Assembly: GCF_009914755.1 (NCBI RefSeq)
Contig: NC_060934.1
DNA length: 64,000 nt
Direction: 5' to 3' (one strand)
Source of the DNA: the human T2T-CHM13v2.0 reference genome, Homo sapiens
The notes under the pieces are model-generated. The model did no database searches and had not been told where the DNA came from. It saw only the letters and a program-made list of their open reading frames with translations. The stretch's first letter is position 1. Every line of letters starts with the position of its first letter. Made by a program: the position numbers and the translations under genes. Positions 61,579 to 64,000 of this stretch are shown here, in pieces.

Positions 61579-62129
61579 TTACTTAGCTGATCTCTTAAGT
61601 TTCTTTCCCATTTTAATAATTTTTAAAATTATAAGTCATAAGTTAGAACATAGGGCTCCCTCTACAATTTTTAATATCAGTTTTAGCTTCTAATACCTTT
61701 AAATCTGCTCTCAAGAGCACTCACACCTCCCCATAAAAGGTAACCCTTTAGACAAGGCATGGAGGGTCATGATAGATTTTGCTGGTAGCCATCACCCTCA
61801 TTGCTCAAAGGACCAAGACAGGTCTGGGGCTTGCTTGAGGCTGGGGTTGCTTAAATAAAGGGATCCCTTCCAAACTGAGACCCTTTTGGAATCCTCCTTT
61901 CTTTTAGAATCCTCCTCTCTGAAGGAAGAAGGTCATGCTTCCTTAGGCCCCCATAAGTTTTCCAGTGGACTATAGCAGGGTTTTGTGCGGTCGAAACCAG
62001 GCTTTTCTTACTTGTGTATGGTTCATCAATTTCTTTGAATGACTCTTTAGATGAGCACTTACAAGAGAAATAAATCATACATCTGCAAACTTTCTGAGGG
62101 CATCTCAGAGCTCATCTTGTCTAGGATGA

Positions 62130-62499
62130 TGTCTTAGTCCCTTCCTGCTGCTGTAACAAAAAATACCTTGACTGCGTAATTTATAAGAACAGAAATTTAT
62201 TTCTCATAGTTCTGGAGGCTGGGAACTCCATGATCAAGGCACCAGGAGATTTAGGGTCTGGTGAGGGCTCACTCTCTGCTTCAAAGACGGTGCCTTCTCT
62301 GTGTCCTAACATGGCAGAAGGGCAAAAAAAGATCTAACAGACTCGCTCAAGCCCTTTTGCAAGGGCACAAATTCCATTCATGAGTGTGGAGTCCTCATGA
62401 TCTAATCACCTCCTAGACACCCCACTTCTTAATACTATTACACTGGGGATTAAGCTACAACATAAATTTTGGAGGGACAGAAACATTCCAACCATAGCA
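62130..62499 (-). mobile_element. MaLR solo LTR (MST-like)
   Basis: tgtcttagtcc...ttctggaggctgggaac...accatagca; 5-bp TSD gatga on both sides. Confidence 0.88.
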
Positions 62500-63859
62500 G
62501 ATGACAAATATATGCCCCATACTCAGTCATTATCCCTTCCTTCACTCTAGACAGGCACCACTAATCTATCATGGGAATCTTTCATGTAGAGTGCAGACAC
62601 GGCCACAGAATCCTTCTCAACACAGTTCCCCAGACAATCACACGCAATGAGCCAATCAGTATTGGTACATGTGTTGGAATCTGGTGGCCATCCTTAATCT
62701 AGTCTAAAGTCTCATTGTACAGAAAAGAAAACTGAGCCTCAGAGAAGTTAAATGATTTTCTTAAGATCATACAATCAGTTTAGCCCTGAAAAGAGTCAGA
62801 AATAAAACTATTTTGCCTATGGATGAAGCCAATTAGTAGAAAGAATTAATGTAGAACTTTCTGCCCCGCACTAGCGCTGTAGTCAGAAGAGGCCTAAAGC
62901 CCAGATTTGTTCAGCTGTCTCTGGATTTTCTAGAGCCAAACTCCTGCAAGATCAGAATCTACTGATAAATGTCAAACTCTTCCCCAAAGGATACCAAGCT
63001 AGGCCACTGACAGATCCCACATCATTTTCTGTGATTTTCCAAAATAACTTTCAGGAGCAGTGCCCATGGCTGCACCCTTCTTTCGATTTTTTTAAAGATT
63101 CCTTTTCCTTCTCTTCACTCCTGCCACCAGTGACCTAAAGCTCCAGAAAAGTGACAAGTGGCATCTCCTTTCTTTGCAGGGGAAAGGCAAATTATTCTAG
63201 AGCAGGAAGCAGTTCAGACTTAGAGCAAAACAATTACAGTAGAGCCATGGGCTACCCAGACCACAACGCTAGCCTTTGGTTATCTAAGATCTTAGATAAA
63301 CCAAATTTGAAGTCCTGGAATAGCTAACTTGTCCCCAGCTTGGGTTAAAAGCATAGAGATGCTGGTAGGCCTGGCTTTGAATCCCCAACTCTGCCTTCTG
63401 CTACCAGAACAGCCTCTCTGAGCTTCAGTTTACTCATGTGGAAAAAGGATAATATTTATCTCTTAAGATTGTTGGGAAAATTAATGAGGTAAATTGAGAA
63501 AGCACATAATAGATGCTCAGTAAACAGTAGTTTTCATTAGAATTATGATTAACTCATTTGTGTCAGGGAAACTAATGCTTTCTTTCTGCAAGAAGTAAGA
63601 GGAGAACACTCGGGCCATAGCTGTGTGTCCTGAACGTCTAGCGCAGGCTAGATATGACATTAACAACTCAATTGTTGGCAACAAGGCCCCACGAGGCACA
63701 AAGGCACGGAACTTTAGGACACTGCTGCCATTGGGCTTTGGAGACCAGCCTTGCCTAATCAACCAAGGAGATCTCTTGTTTCAGGCTGATTTGGGTGGAA
63801 GTTGTATGGCCCCAGCCCGCATGTTTACATGCTCCAAAAGAGGATGGCCACACAACTAA

Positions 63860-64000
<141 letters not shown>

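Overview
Human (primate) genomic DNA carrying the 5' ~38 kb of LGI1 on the + strand. LGI1 is leucine-rich glioma inactivated 1, a secreted LRR + EPTP/EAR synaptic protein. Eight coding exons splice with canonical GT-AG sites into one open frame of 319 codons ([10 protein letters not shown]...DSFANKFI); exon 8 runs off the window end. The 26 kb upstream is intergenic and repeat-rich: a Tigger2 transposon split by a near full-length old L1 and by Alus, an ERV1 env remnant plus LTR, MaLR/MER74 LTRs, MER44/FAM and MIRs. The introns hold many Alus, MIRs and DNA-transposon fossils. Almost all ORF-track entries are spurious repeat ORFs. I found no new gene system. The best leads are: uORFs and start-codon context in the LGI1 leader; a distal ZNF143 motif; splicing-motif clusters; Alu orientation favouring dsRNA or back-splicing; a probable deletion junction in intron 4; and several local rearrangements (micro-inversion, templated insertion, tandem duplications). 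Repeat subfamily names come from recalled consensus sequences, and repeat boundaries are approximate.
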